A DNA stretch of 55,557 bases from an uncultured Oscillospiraceae bacterium (lineage in GTDB: Bacteria > Bacillota > Clostridia > Acetivibrionales > DTU013), in assembly GCA_964596445.1 (NCBI GenBank), contig CAZQUQ010000001.1, positions 3,357-58,913 on the forward strand, in the 5' to 3' direction. Made by a program: the position numbers and the translations under genes. Within the stretch, counting starts at the first letter, position 1. Every line of letters begins with the position of its first letter. Shown here piece by piece: positions 8,257 to 18,629 of the stretch. Below the pieces are notes generated by a model. The model was not told the origin of the DNA, did no database searches, and was given only the letters and a program-made list of their open reading frames with translations.

Positions 8257-9059
8257 AGGTCGGGTTTCCCTTTCAGCAGGACGGAAGGTGCATAACCTTT
8301 ATACGCCCTGTAGACTTTACTGAAATAGAACAGATCGTCGAACCCGCTGCGGGCGGCGGCTTCACTGACTGAATAGCCGCCGGTCGACAGCAGGCTTTCG
8401 GCATTATTGATACGAATACGGGTAATATATTGTTTGATCGTACAGCCATTTGACTTTTTAAAATAAGCGCCGAGATAGACAGGATTCAGACCGGCTATCT
8501 CAGCAAGCCGGGACAATTCGATCCTGTTCATGAAGTTCCGGAGGATGTACTGCTTTACCTTAGTGAGCCTTTCATCCTCCTGTCGTATTGAGTTGCCCGC
8601 TGCAAACCGGCTGAGTATCCTGTCGATGATCAGCATAAACAAAGCCCGGGCACGCATTTTATGGTTGAATGCTTTTTCGACCCAAATATGGTCCAGTTCG
8701 CTGTACAGGCTCATCAGTTCGCCTGTTATGCCTGCTTTCAGCACAGGGCCAAGCGGCAGTACCAATTTGCTGTTTCCGCCGTTAAGATCCATGACCCTGA
8801 AATTTACAGCAAAACACTGCATCGGATCATCCGGATCGGTATATGCCTGACGGACATTACCACTCGGGATATAGATGATATCTCCCTCGTGAAGCTCGTA
8901 TGAAGTACCATTGACTATATAAGTCGAGCTTCCCTTATATACATAGGTAAGATCATGAAAGTCGATTTCGGACTCGATTATGCTCCAGCCGGGCGTACAC
9001 TTTCTGTTTACAAAATATACGAGTTCAGGAATCAAATTTGAGCAATCGTTTTGTTGCAT
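8241..9059 (-). CDS. AraC-family transcriptional regulator with N-terminal cupin sensor domain
   Basis: The C-terminal AraC HTH is LSRLAEIAGLNPVYLGAYFKKSNGCTIKQYITRIRINNAESLL...GFDDLFYFSKVYRAYKGYAPS. The 3' end overlaps the convergent URO-D-like gene by 16 nt. Confidence 0.85.
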   Translation of the reverse strand: MQQNDCSNLIPELVYFVNRKCTPGWSIIESEIDFHDLTYVYKGSSTYIVNGTSYELHEGDIIYIPSGNVRQAYTDPDDPMQCFAVNFRVMDLNGGNSKLVLPLGPVLKAGITGELMSLYSELDHIWVEKAFNHKMRARALFMLIIDRILSRFAAGNSIRQEDERLTKVKQYILRNFMNRIELSRLAEIAGLNPVYLGAYFKKSNGCTIKQYITRIRINNAESLLSTGGYSVSEAAARSGFDDLFYFSKVYRAYKGYAPSVLLKGKPDLQYLP

Positions 9060-9138
9060 TTTAACACCAAGTTTTCATTTTATATGTTCTTCGACTATTT
9101 TACTATAAAAACACGCAATACTGCAAGAAAGGGATAAC

Positions 9139-11193
9139 ATGAAAAAGAGATACGATAATGAGAGTCAGGGATATGATGCATGGTTCGGCTTTAAGCAGGC
9201 AGACCGGAGGTTGATCGGACAATATTCGTCAGTTTTCGAAAACATCTGCATCGACCCGGGCATCCAAGGTTTCGAAACCGCAGCGAACGAACTGAAGAGG
9301 GCATTGGAAGCGATTTTTGGCAGAACTCCCGGGCTGGTTCCCCAACCGGCATCATCAAAAGGGACAGTCCTTCTCCGCAAGGCTGCCATGCCTGACAATG
9401 AGGACGCACAGCTTGATGATGAAGGTTTTTTGATCAGGAGATGCAAAACTGAGAATGGTGCGGACCTCACCATTATTGAGGCAAAGACAGGTACAGGCGC
9501 ACTATACGGCGTATATTCGCTTATAAGGCATATTCTTTGCGGCAGCTTCAGCGATGATTTCCATATCGCAGAAAATCCGGCGATCAAAATCCGTATGCTC
9601 AATCAGTGGGATAATATGGACGGAAGCATTGAAAGAGGCTATGCCGGGAAATCGATTTTTTATGAGAACGACATGATCAAAAAGGATGCCGGCAGGATCG
9701 AAGATTATGCAAGACTTATGGCTTCTGTCGGACTCAATGGCATCGTTCTCAACAATGTCAATGTCCACGAAGTTGAAACAAGACTGATCACAAAAGATTA
9801 TTTGCCCGAAGTGGCAAGACTGGCAGATATTTTCCGCAGTTACGGCATCAAGGTGTTCCTCAGCATAAATTACTCAAGCCCCGTAGAGCTTGGCGGCCTC
9901 GATACGGCAGACCCGCTGGACGATAGGGTGCAGGCGTGGTGGGACGGGAAAGCGGCCGAAATATACAGCTATATACCCGACTTCGGGGGCTTCCTTGTCA
10001 AGGCTGACTCAGAATTCCGGCCAGGACCTTTCACTTACGGAAGGAACCATGCGGAAGGAGCAAACATGCTTGCCAAAGCTCTCAAACCGTATGGCGGCAA
10101 AGTCATCTGGAGATGCTTCGTATATAACTGCAGGCAGGATTGGCGAGACAGAGTCACCGACAGGGCCAATTCCGCATACGACAACTTCATACCGCTCGAC
10201 GGCCTTTTCGAAGATAACGTCTATCTCCAGATAAAGAACGGCCCGATGGACTTTCAGGTCAGGGAGCCTGTCTCCCCTCTGTTCGGCGGCTTAAAAAAAT
10301 CCAATATGATCCTCGAACTTCAGATCACGCAGGAATACACAGGACAGCAGCGGCATCTGTGTTATCTTGCTCAGATGTGGAAGGATGTGCTGGACTTTGA
10401 CACATACTGCCGCGGCAAGGACAGCACGGTAGCAAAACTGCTGTCTGATCCCTGCGATGGAGTACATACGGGTATCTCGGCAGTCTCAAATATAGGGGAC
10501 GACATGAACTGGACCGGGCATGATCTGGCGCAGGCCAACCTTTACTGCTTTGGCAGGCTGGCCTGGGATCCGTCGCTCATGCCGGAGACCATAGCAAGAG
10601 AATGGGTCCTGCAGACCTTTGGATGCGATGCCGCAGTTGCAGATACCATAACAGGCATGCTGATGGATTCATATCACATATATGAAAGCTATACTTCACC
10701 GCTGGGCATCGGATGGATGGTCAATCCCGGACATCACTACGGTCCGAGTGTCGACGGATATGAGTATTCTGCGTGGGGCACATATCACAGGGCGGATCAT
10801 GAGGGCATCGGCGTAGACAGAACTGTAGCTGCAGGTACAGGCTTTGCAGGCAAATACCTGCCTCCGAACTCGACGATCTATGAAGATCCAAAGACATGTC
10901 CGGAGGAGCTCCTGCTGTTCTTCCACAGGATACCATACAAATACATGCTAAAGTCAGGGGTAACATTGATACAGCATATATATGACTCGCATTTCGAAGG
11001 CGCCAAAAGAGCCGCCGGGCTAGTCGAAAGGTGGAAAAGCCTTGAGGGAAGGATCGACCCGCACTGCTTCTCCAGAGTTCTGGCAAGGCTTGAGGAGCAA
11101 GCTTCACATGCTTGTGAATGGCGTGATGTTATAAATTCATATTTCTTCAGGAAAAGCGGGATACCCGACGAAAAAGGCAGGACCATCTACTGA
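9139..11193 (+). CDS. aguA: alpha-glucuronidase, glycoside hydrolase family 67
   Basis: 684 aa. Long stretches match the GH67 sequence as I remember it from Geobacillus AguA: RMLNQWDNMDGSIERGYAGKSIF, IPDFGGFLVKADSEFRPGPFTYGRNHAEGANMLA, IWRCFVYNC, IKNGPMDFQVREPVSPLFGG, ITQEYTGQQRHLC, NPGHHYGPSVDGYEYS. Confidence 0.93.
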   Translation: MKKRYDNESQGYDAWFGFKQADRRLIGQYSSVFENICIDPGIQGFETAANELKRALEAIFGRTPGLVPQPASSKGTVLLRKAAMPDNEDAQLDDEGFLIRRCKTENGADLTIIEAKTGTGALYGVYSLIRHILCGSFSDDFHIAENPAIKIRMLNQWDNMDGSIERGYAGKSIFYENDMIKKDAGRIEDYARLMASVGLNGIVLNNVNVHEVETRLITKDYLPEVARLADIFRSYGIKVFLSINYSSPVELGGLDTADPLDDRVQAWWDGKAAEIYSYIPDFGGFLVKADSEFRPGPFTYGRNHAEGANMLAKALKPYGGKVIWRCFVYNCRQDWRDRVTDRANSAYDNFIPLDGLFEDNVYLQIKNGPMDFQVREPVSPLFGGLKKSNMILELQITQEYTGQQRHLCYLAQMWKDVLDFDTYCRGKDSTVAKLLSDPCDGVHTGISAVSNIGDDMNWTGHDLAQANLYCFGRLAWDPSLMPETIAREWVLQTFGCDAAVADTITGMLMDSYHIYESYTSPLGIGWMVNPGHHYGPSVDGYEYSAWGTYHRADHEGIGVDRTVAAGTGFAGKYLPPNSTIYEDPKTCPEELLLFFHRIPYKYMLKSGVTLIQHIYDSHFEGAKRAAGLVERWKSLEGRIDPHCFSRVLARLEEQASHACEWRDVINSYFFRKSGIPDEKGRTIY

Positions 11194-11207
11194 AGCAATT
11201 CATCCGC

Positions 11208-11236
11208 TTGCCACATCCGGCCGCTTCTGGTATACT
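11208..11236 (+). promoter_or_regulatory. promoter candidate for proA
   Basis: TTGCCA (11208-11213), 17-nt spacer, TATACT (11231-11236). Confidence 0.5.
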
Positions 11237-11265
11237 GATTAAAACCATAAATGCGGGGTGTTTTT

Positions 11266-12561
11266 ATGGGTGCAGCAGAGATCTGCAGGGATGTCAAGTC
11301 AGCGGCAATAAAGCTGGCGGCATGTACCACTGAAGAAAAAAACAACGCTCTGCTTAAGATAGCAGATGAACTTATAAAATGTAAGGAAGAAATTTTTTCA
11401 GCAAACCGGAAGGATCTTGCCAGGAGCGAAGCGGAAAAAATTCCTGCGCCGCTGCTCAAGCGTCTCAAATTCGACGAGTCCAAGCTGAATGATGTAGTGT
11501 CAGGCATCCGTGATCTGGTCAGGCTCGAGGATCCTGTAGGAAAAACGCTGCTTTCAACAGAACTGGACGACGGCCTTGAGCTCTACAAGGTCACATGCCC
11601 CATCGGAGTAATAGGGATAATATTTGAGTCGAGGCCGGATGCGCTGGTACAGATATCGACCCTGTGCCTCAAGAGCGGCAATGGCGTGCTTTTAAAAGGC
11701 GGATCCGAGGCTCTTGAGACCAACAGGGTGCTGGCAAGGATAATCATCTCCGCATCCGAGGATTCCGGCATCCCTAAAGGCTGGTGCAGCCTTCTTGAAA
11801 CACGTTCCGATATCAGCGAGCTCCTGAAACAGGACAAATATGTGGATTTGATAATACCAAGGGGTTCAAACGAATTCGTCAGGTATATAATGAACAACTC
11901 CAATATCCCGGTAATGGGACACGCTGACGGAATATGCCATTGCTATATAGATTCATATGCCGATCCGGATATGGCGGTGCGTATAGCGATCGATTCAAAA
12001 ATACAGTACGTCGCGGTCTGCAATGCAATGGAAACACTCCTCGTCCACAGCGACATCGCAGAAACTTTCCTGCCTCTGTTCAAAAAAGCTGCAGATGAGA
12101 AGAATGTTGAACTGTATGGATGCAGCAGAACCGTTTCGATCATCGATGTCCAGCCGGCTTCGGACGAAGATTGGAAGACGGAATATCTTGATTACAAGCT
12201 GTCAGTCAAAGTAGTCGACAGCATCGATGAAGCAATAGACCATATAAACACATACGGATCAGGTCATACAGATACGATAGTGACAAGCGACGGACAAAGG
12301 GCCGCTCGCTTTATGTCGCTGGTAGACTCGGGCAATGTCTTCTGGAATTGCTCAACAAGATTCAGCGACGGCTTCAGGTACGGTTTTGGAGCAGAGGTGG
12401 GCATCAGTACCGGCAAGATCCATGCCAGAGGCCCAGTTGGGCTGGAAGGCCTCGTGATATACAAGTATATGCTCTTAGGCAAGGGCCAGATAGTTGCAGA
12501 CTATGCCGAAAAGAGGAGCAGCTTTACGCACAGGAAACTCGGCAAAGATTTTCCGCTTTAA
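11266..12561 (+). CDS. proA: gamma-glutamyl phosphate reductase
   Basis: The family is recognised over the full length (KNNALLKIADEL...NRKDL...LLKRLKF...VGKTL...IGIIFESRPDA...). The start is moved to ATG 11266, which has a GGGGTG RBS 5 nt upstream. Track start 11251 has no RBS. Confidence 0.9.
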   Translation: MGAAEICRDVKSAAIKLAACTTEEKNNALLKIADELIKCKEEIFSANRKDLARSEAEKIPAPLLKRLKFDESKLNDVVSGIRDLVRLEDPVGKTLLSTELDDGLELYKVTCPIGVIGIIFESRPDALVQISTLCLKSGNGVLLKGGSEALETNRVLARIIISASEDSGIPKGWCSLLETRSDISELLKQDKYVDLIIPRGSNEFVRYIMNNSNIPVMGHADGICHCYIDSYADPDMAVRIAIDSKIQYVAVCNAMETLLVHSDIAETFLPLFKKAADEKNVELYGCSRTVSIIDVQPASDEDWKTEYLDYKLSVKVVDSIDEAIDHINTYGSGHTDTIVTSDGQRAARFMSLVDSGNVFWNCSTRFSDGFRYGFGAEVGISTGKIHARGPVGLEGLVIYKYMLLGKGQIVADYAEKRSSFTHRKLGKDFPL

Positions 12562-12628
12562 TTCCTGTAATTCCTGATCAGCTCACACTTCAGATCTATA
12601 TACGGGCCATACCGGGCAGCACATAAAG

Positions 12629-13471
12629 TCATCCCTTGACAGCGCCTATGGTAAGGCTCTTTATTATCTTGTCGTTGAGGAAGAAATATGTCACCAGACT
12701 CGGGACCACCATTATAACAACTGCGGCAAGCTGTATCGTCCAGCTCGTCGAATACTGGCCCTTGAATCTGGTCAGACTGAGTGCCTGCTTCATTTTCTTA
12801 TCATCCGTCATGATAATCAACGCAAACATCAGCTCGTTCCATGCGTTTACAAAGTTGAAAATGGAGATCGTCGCAATGGAGGATTTTGAAAGCGGGAAAA
12901 TGATCCTCCAGAATACTCCTTTCATACTGCAGCCGTCAATTATGGCCGCTTCCTCTATTTCCTTCGGGAATGAGGCCATAAATCCTCCGAGTATGAATAT
13001 AGACGTGGGAAGCGCGAAAGCCACATAGGGCAATACGAGCGAAATGTATTTGTTCAGCAATCCCACCTTGTTGAATACCATAAAAAGCGGTATCAGCGTC
13101 GAATGTATCGGTATCATGATACCTATGAGAAACATGCCCATCACAAGGCCTGACAGCTTCCATTTGAACCTTTTCAATGCAAATGCGGCCATCGATGCAA
13201 CAATGATGGTCACAGCCACAGAAATCAGAGATACCAGCACCGAGTTGAAAAAACTGGTTCCAATCTTGCCTGAAACCCAGGCAGTCGAGTAGTTAGCAGG
13301 CTGAAAAGACGGTAAGACCGACCAGGGATTGGCAAACATCTCGTCGTCTGTTTTCAATGAGTTGGTTATGAGCCACAATAACGGATAAAGATAAGTGATC
13401 GAAAGCAGGGACAGCACTGCAATGATTATTGCCTCATGTATCGAAATTTTCTTTCTGTTTCTGTAGGTCAT
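12629..13471 (-). CDS. carbohydrate ABC transporter permease (MalG/AguG-like)
   Basis: 280 aa, multi-TM, with EAA loop FPKEIEEAAIIDGCSMKGVFWRIIFPLSKS. Confidence 0.9.
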   Translation of the reverse strand: MTYRNRKKISIHEAIIIAVLSLLSITYLYPLLWLITNSLKTDDEMFANPWSVLPSFQPANYSTAWVSGKIGTSFFNSVLVSLISVAVTIIVASMAAFALKRFKWKLSGLVMGMFLIGIMIPIHSTLIPLFMVFNKVGLLNKYISLVLPYVAFALPTSIFILGGFMASFPKEIEEAAIIDGCSMKGVFWRIIFPLSKSSIATISIFNFVNAWNELMFALIIMTDDKKMKQALSLTRFKGQYSTSWTIQLAAVVIMVVPSLVTYFFLNDKIIKSLTIGAVKG

Positions 13472-13517
13472 CTGTCGGGAACTCTCCTTTTCAAGGGTGT
13501 AGCACAGCCTGTCGATA

Positions 13518-14405
13518 TCAGGAATACTCGATGGCTTCCGATTTGAACAGCCTGTTGAGTACTACGGTTATAAGCATGCACATGCCAAGCAGGACCACTG
13601 CTATCGCGCTTCCGTACCCATACTGCATATCTCTGAAGGATTTGTAATACATGTAAAGCGCCATGACCTCGCTGGAATGGTTGGGTCCGCCATTGGACAT
13701 TACATATATCAGGTCAAAATAGCGAAGAGAACCGGTGGCGATAAGTACGGTGTCGATCCCTATGATAGGCTTGATAATAGGCAGTATTATGCTCTTAAGC
13801 CTTTCCCACGCCCCAGCACCGTCAATGGTGGCCATCTCGATCAGGCTGACCGGGATGTTTTCTATTGCAGCCAGATACAGTATCATATGATAACCGATGA
13901 ACTGCCAGCAAATAACGACCATAATGGACGGAAGCACAGTTTTCTGATCGGCAAGCCATAAACCTGTGAGGTCGTCAAGTCCGAACAGGATCAGCAGCCT
14001 GTTGACCAGACCGAACTCGGCATTGTAAATAAATGACCACAGCAAACCTACGGCCACGCTTGCCAATATATTCGGCATGAAAAATACGGTCTTGAAATAT
14101 CTCTTGCCTCTGGCCGCGCCTGATATTGCCACCGCAAGCAGGATGGCAAGAGGCACCTGTATGACGACAGACAGCACCATCAGCAACAGTGTATTGTTCA
14201 GACTTGTTCTGAATATCCTGTCTATTGTAAACAGTTGTACGAAATTATTGAACCCCGCAAATTTTTTTACGTCTACCAGATTCCATTTGCAAAAGCTGTT
14301 ATATATCGTACTGAATACCGGTGCGGCGACAACTCCGAGATAGATCAGAAGCGCCGGCATAAGGAACAGCACAATCGTCTTTTTGTTTTTTGTCATCGAT
14401 ACCAT
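13518..14405 (-). CDS. carbohydrate ABC transporter permease (MalF/AguF-like)
   Basis: 295 aa, multi-TM, with EAA loop IENIPVSLIEMATIDGAGAWERLKSIILPIIKP. Confidence 0.9.
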   Translation of the reverse strand: MVSMTKNKKTIVLFLMPALLIYLGVVAAPVFSTIYNSFCKWNLVDVKKFAGFNNFVQLFTIDRIFRTSLNNTLLLMVLSVVIQVPLAILLAVAISGAARGKRYFKTVFFMPNILASVAVGLLWSFIYNAEFGLVNRLLILFGLDDLTGLWLADQKTVLPSIMVVICWQFIGYHMILYLAAIENIPVSLIEMATIDGAGAWERLKSIILPIIKPIIGIDTVLIATGSLRYFDLIYVMSNGGPNHSSEVMALYMYYKSFRDMQYGYGSAIAVVLLGMCMLITVVLNRLFKSEAIEYS

Positions 14406-14423
14406 TTCATGGCTCCTTTAAAA

Positions 14424-14460
14424 TGATCCTGCGGCCGGAAATTCCGGCCGCACAGGATCA
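14424..14460 (-). promoter_or_regulatory. GC-rich intercistronic hairpin between the binding-protein gene and the first permease gene
   Basis: TGATCCTGCGGCCGGAA (14424-14440) pairs with TTCCGGCCGCACAGGATCA (14442-14460) with one bulge. This is the usual position for mRNA-stabilising or attenuating hairpins in sugar ABC operons. Confidence 0.6.
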
Positions 14461-14481
14461 TTGTGTCGTCATAGAACCGGA

Positions 14482-15774
14482 TTACTCTTCCCTGTTCTGC
14501 TCGGTGAACTGCTGAAGCGCTTTGAAAGACTCCTCAACGGACTGTCCTGCAGTGATAGCCTGTATCGTGTTGTTGTACTCATTGCCTATGGTAGCGCCGA
14601 GACCAACATCATAGAATACGAACAGTTCCTTCATATCCTTGAGAAGATCTCCGACCTTCATTGCTACAGGATTCACCTTGTTCGGGTCGGGAGTGATATT
14701 CGTTGCAACCAGGTTGCCTGCTTCATTGAGCTTCGTCTGGATGATCGGATCCGATATAGTTTTAATGAACTCGGCTGCAGCGTCGGCAGCATCCGTATTT
14801 GCTGCTATAGCGAAGCTCTGGTCGGGCTGTCCCAGCCAAGTGTCGGTATTGCCCTTACCTCCGGTAAATTCAGGGAATTTGCAAACGCCGAGTTTTTCCT
14901 GCATGTCGTTGTATAACTGCTGGATAGCCCAGCTACCCATGACCAGCATACCGCACTTGCCTGCTCTGAACTCAGCCTGTGCAGGGTCGTTGTCAAGGGC
15001 ATTGAAGCCTTCGGGGAATGCCTTGAGCGAAACAAGTTCCTGTATTACCTTTCCTGCTTCGATGAATGCCGGATCCTCCCATGTGCCTGTACCATTATAT
15101 ACCTTGTTGTACGGCTCGGTTCCTCCGACCCTGTTTACAACGAGCTCGCTGAACATTGCACCGACCCACGGAGCCTTGTTGCCCAGCGCAAAAGGAGTTA
15201 TGCCGTTATCGTTGAGCACTTTTATGATGTTCTTAAGATCGTCATAGGTTTTGGGCTCACTGAGACCATACTTATTGAATATCTCAGTATTGTAGAAGAG
15301 ACATGCAACTGTCTGTGTCGTCGGAAGGGCATAGACCTTTCCGTCAAATTCCAGGGATGAATAGACTCCCGGTACATACCTGTTTTTCCACTCCGTGTCG
15401 CTGTTCAGCTTGCTGGTCAGGTCATATACCTTTCCAGCCTTTACATAGGGTTTGCGGAAACCTGCAGCCCATGTGTTGAACACATCAGCCACTTCGTTTG
15501 CCGCCATCTCGGCAGCTATCTTAGTCTTGTACTGCTCCTGTTCCGTGAATACGACTGTTGCAGTAGCATTCAGCTTGTTCCTGCTGTTGAACAGCTCAAC
15601 GGCTTCCTTGATGATCTGTGAGTTGGGATCTGTTTCTATGCCCCAGCACGAGATTTCCAGTTCGACTTTTTTGCCGGATGCACCGCCGGTCCCGCCCTTC
15701 TCGCTGCCGCAGGCAGCCAGCATTACCGAGAAAGCAACGCATACGCAAAGCATTAAGGCCAAGATCCTTTTCAT
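14482..15774 (-). CDS. extracellular sugar-binding lipoprotein (ABC transporter, family 1 SBP)
   Basis: 430 aa. Lipoprotein signal MKRILALMLCVCVAFSVMLAACGSE. SBP_bac_1-like body. Confidence 0.9.
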   Translation of the reverse strand: MKRILALMLCVCVAFSVMLAACGSEKGGTGGASGKKVELEISCWGIETDPNSQIIKEAVELFNSRNKLNATATVVFTEQEQYKTKIAAEMAANEVADVFNTWAAGFRKPYVKAGKVYDLTSKLNSDTEWKNRYVPGVYSSLEFDGKVYALPTTQTVACLFYNTEIFNKYGLSEPKTYDDLKNIIKVLNDNGITPFALGNKAPWVGAMFSELVVNRVGGTEPYNKVYNGTGTWEDPAFIEAGKVIQELVSLKAFPEGFNALDNDPAQAEFRAGKCGMLVMGSWAIQQLYNDMQEKLGVCKFPEFTGGKGNTDTWLGQPDQSFAIAANTDAADAAAEFIKTISDPIIQTKLNEAGNLVATNITPDPNKVNPVAMKVGDLLKDMKELFVFYDVGLGATIGNEYNNTIQAITAGQSVEESFKALQQFTEQNREE

Positions 15775-15879
15775 ACGAACACAATCCTCCTTATATTTGT
15801 TCTAGAGTACTCTTATAAAATTGTATAGCCGTATGAGTCTTATGGAAATGCCATATTTTATACAACAATCTTGAAAAAA

Positions 15880-17724
15880 TTAACTTTGTTTTTCACCTGC
15901 AGCTTCAGGCACTGAGTTACCAGCCGGCAGCACGGCCTTGACACATGTTCCGCTGCCTTTGACCGAAGATATGCCAAGTCCGTATTTCCTGCCGTAATAC
16001 ATCCGTATCCTTCTGTCAACATTGATAAGGCCGATGTGAGTATGCATGTCATCTGCAGCAGCGTTCCCGATCAAACCGGATCCTGTTCCTCCGCCGGGAG
16101 CGTGTTGCTCCTCGGAATAATCTGAAAACAGCCTGTTGAGTGAAACGACCTTTTCATCATCCATACCAACACCGTCGTCGCTGATCGTGATAACCACATC
16201 ACCTTCCGACAATACGCCGGTTATTTCAATGTGCCCGCTTTCCACCTTATCCTCAAGCCCGTGAACGATGGCATTCTCGACGATAGGCTGAAGTATCAGC
16301 TTCGGTATCGTGACACGTCTTATTTCCGGACTTATTTCGATGCTCGCCTCAAACCGGTCGCCATACCTGAACTTCTGTATTTTCAGATAGTTTGAGATGT
16401 TCACGATCTCATCGTCCAGCTTTATAAAATCATCACCGCTTATGCTGACACGCATAAGGTCTCCGAGTGCCTTAACCATGTCGCCGATCTCAGGGACGTT
16501 CCTTATCCTGGCCATCCAGTTGATCGACTCCAGCGTATTATAGAGAAAATGCGGATTGATCTGCGCCCTCAGTGATTTCAGTTCGGCCTTCTGCTTAAGA
16601 TACTGCTCCTGGTATACTTCCTGTATCAGCTTCTGGACCTGCGATACCATCTTGTTGAAGTGCCTGCTTAGTATGCCGACCTCATCCTTTGACCCGGATG
16701 ATATCGCCACGCCGAAATCACCCTTTCCAACCTTCTCCATCATTGCGGACAGGTCTCTCAGCGGTCTGGATATGCTGTCAGATATCTTCAGCGACAAAAG
16801 CAGCGACAGGATGCAGCATACGGCGCAGATGCCAATGAGCCAGTATCTGAGCAATATAATGTCTTCCTCATATTGCTCCGTCGGTATTATTGCAGTCATC
16901 CTCCAAAGTCCCTTGTTGATCGTTCTCGATGCTATATAGTTGTTGGTCCCGTTGATCTGTGCAGTAATGAAGCTGCTTTTTATATTATCTTTGGTAAGGC
17001 CCGATACCGCATTTTCCACAAACATATCCAGGTTGTTTTTGTCCCTGTGTGATACGATCCTTCCTTCCATGTCGGAAATGAGGATATCTCCGTTTTTGAA
17101 CAGATCCGTTTTTCTGTAGATGTCATGGATGGAACTTTCTTTTATCATGATGAGCTCATATCCGATCAGTTCCTGATTTACTATACTGTTGATGGCCCTT
17201 CCCACTTTTGCAGTCTGGGAGTAAGGATTTGTCCTGAACCACACTGCACTGCCCTTGCCTGCTTCGAGCGCCTCTTTTTCCTGCTCGCTTATCTCTATTG
17301 TGATCGATGCCGGGTTCACATAATATACAGTACCGGAAAGCGAAACTACCTGCACCGCTGCGATGTCAAGATCCAAAGGGACGAATCCCTTCAGCTGGTT
17401 GTCTATCGCTTTTTCGACACTTATCTTTTCATACTCGTCTTCTATCCCGAGATTGGCTTTGCGCAGCGCTTCCTGGATCGTCATGTTTGAAATGATCTGA
17501 AACGAGACCCTCTCTATTTCTCTGAGCTTAACATCGACATTCTCGCCTGTTTCCATAAGGATGTCATTTGCATACTGCTCGGTTTTATGCCTCAGGAGCT
17601 CCTGTGACGTGTAATATGAGAAAATGCCTATCGTGATGACAGGCAGAATGATAAGTACCAAAAAAGAGAGCATAAGCTTGTTGCGAATGGGCATATCCAT
17701 GAACCAGTCCATAACTGATCTCAC
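15880..17724 (-). CDS. sensor histidine kinase, YesM type (two TM helices, HAMP, His_kinase, HATPase)
   Basis: 614 aa. The QINPHFLYNTLESINWMA motif of the LytS/YesM kinase family is present, with a C-terminal GHKL ATPase (SDDGVGMD...GSGLIG). It overlaps the response-regulator gene by 4 nt. Confidence 0.9.
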   Translation of the reverse strand: MRSVMDWFMDMPIRNKLMLSFLVLIILPVITIGIFSYYTSQELLRHKTEQYANDILMETGENVDVKLREIERVSFQIISNMTIQEALRKANLGIEDEYEKISVEKAIDNQLKGFVPLDLDIAAVQVVSLSGTVYYVNPASITIEISEQEKEALEAGKGSAVWFRTNPYSQTAKVGRAINSIVNQELIGYELIMIKESSIHDIYRKTDLFKNGDILISDMEGRIVSHRDKNNLDMFVENAVSGLTKDNIKSSFITAQINGTNNYIASRTINKGLWRMTAIIPTEQYEEDIILLRYWLIGICAVCCILSLLLSLKISDSISRPLRDLSAMMEKVGKGDFGVAISSGSKDEVGILSRHFNKMVSQVQKLIQEVYQEQYLKQKAELKSLRAQINPHFLYNTLESINWMARIRNVPEIGDMVKALGDLMRVSISGDDFIKLDDEIVNISNYLKIQKFRYGDRFEASIEISPEIRRVTIPKLILQPIVENAIVHGLEDKVESGHIEITGVLSEGDVVITISDDGVGMDDEKVVSLNRLFSDYSEEQHAPGGGTGSGLIGNAAADDMHTHIGLINVDRRIRMYYGRKYGLGISSVKGSGTCVKAVLPAGNSVPEAAGEKQS

Positions 17725-18629
17725 TTGCCGGACACTTCCTTGTTATCCGGCCGCGCTCCTTTCCGCTTTGAGTATATGACCTTTTGCCTGTATTCAGAGG
17801 GCGTCATGCCGAAATACTTTTTAAAGATCTGGCTGAAATACCCCGAATCCTTTATTCCGACCTTCTCTGCCACCTCATATGTCTTCATGAACGGATCGCT
17901 GAGCATTTCACATGCCTTTTGCAGCCTTATCCGCGTGAGTATATCGAGAAAGTTGTCGCCTGTTTCCTTTTTTATAAGCCTGCTGAGATATATATGGTTC
18001 ATGAACACATGCTGTGATACGTTTATAAGTGAAATGTTGTTCATGTAATTGCTGTATATGTAATCGAGCACTTTTTTTATGACGGCGTTTCTGACAGGGT
18101 AATCTGTCTGTTCCGGGTCTTTTACCGGCTCTCCGTCTTTCATGCCGGATGACGTACCTGCGCCGCTCTTTCCTGCCGACATGGCTTCAAGCAGGATATC
18201 GTTCATACGGTCGATCTGCTGCCGGATCTTTTCCCTTTCATGCTTCTCCCTGTTCTCATCATCTATCTGTTTCTTCGCCTTGAGAACGGCGCCGATTATT
18301 TCATCAGGGTCGGAGGGCTTGAGCACATATCCTATGGCTCCGAGCTGTATAGCAGTATGAGCGTAGCCAAAGTCCTGATAGCCTGTCAGGAGTATGCTTT
18401 TTATTTGAGGTACGATTTGCCTTGCAGCACTGATAAGCTTAAGACCATCCATTCCCGGCATCTTTATATCCGTAAGGAGGATATCGGGCATGACGGATTT
18501 TACCATCTCCAGCGCTTCCATCCCGTTGGCAGCTGCTCCGGCAAGCTCTATTCCATGGTCGCTCCATGGTATTGTCTGAAGGCCTTGTCTGATCAAAAGC
18601 TCGTCATCTGCGATGATCATCTTTGTCAT
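17721..18629 (-). CDS. response regulator with AraC-type output domain, YesN type
   Basis: REC domain MTKMIIADDELLIRQGL...DILLTDIKMPGMDGL. C-terminal AraC HTH. The start is moved to ATG 18627-18629 (M41 of the track ORF) with a GGTGGAA RBS. The 40-aa extension is implausible. Confidence 0.9.
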   Translation of the reverse strand: MTKMIIADDELLIRQGLQTIPWSDHGIELAGAAANGMEALEMVKSVMPDILLTDIKMPGMDGLKLISAARQIVPQIKSILLTGYQDFGYAHTAIQLGAIGYVLKPSDPDEIIGAVLKAKKQIDDENREKHEREKIRQQIDRMNDILLEAMSAGKSGAGTSSGMKDGEPVKDPEQTDYPVRNAVIKKVLDYIYSNYMNNISLINVSQHVFMNHIYLSRLIKKETGDNFLDILTRIRLQKACEMLSDPFMKTYEVAEKVGIKDSGYFSQIFKKYFGMTPSEYRQKVIYSKRKGARPDNKEVSGK

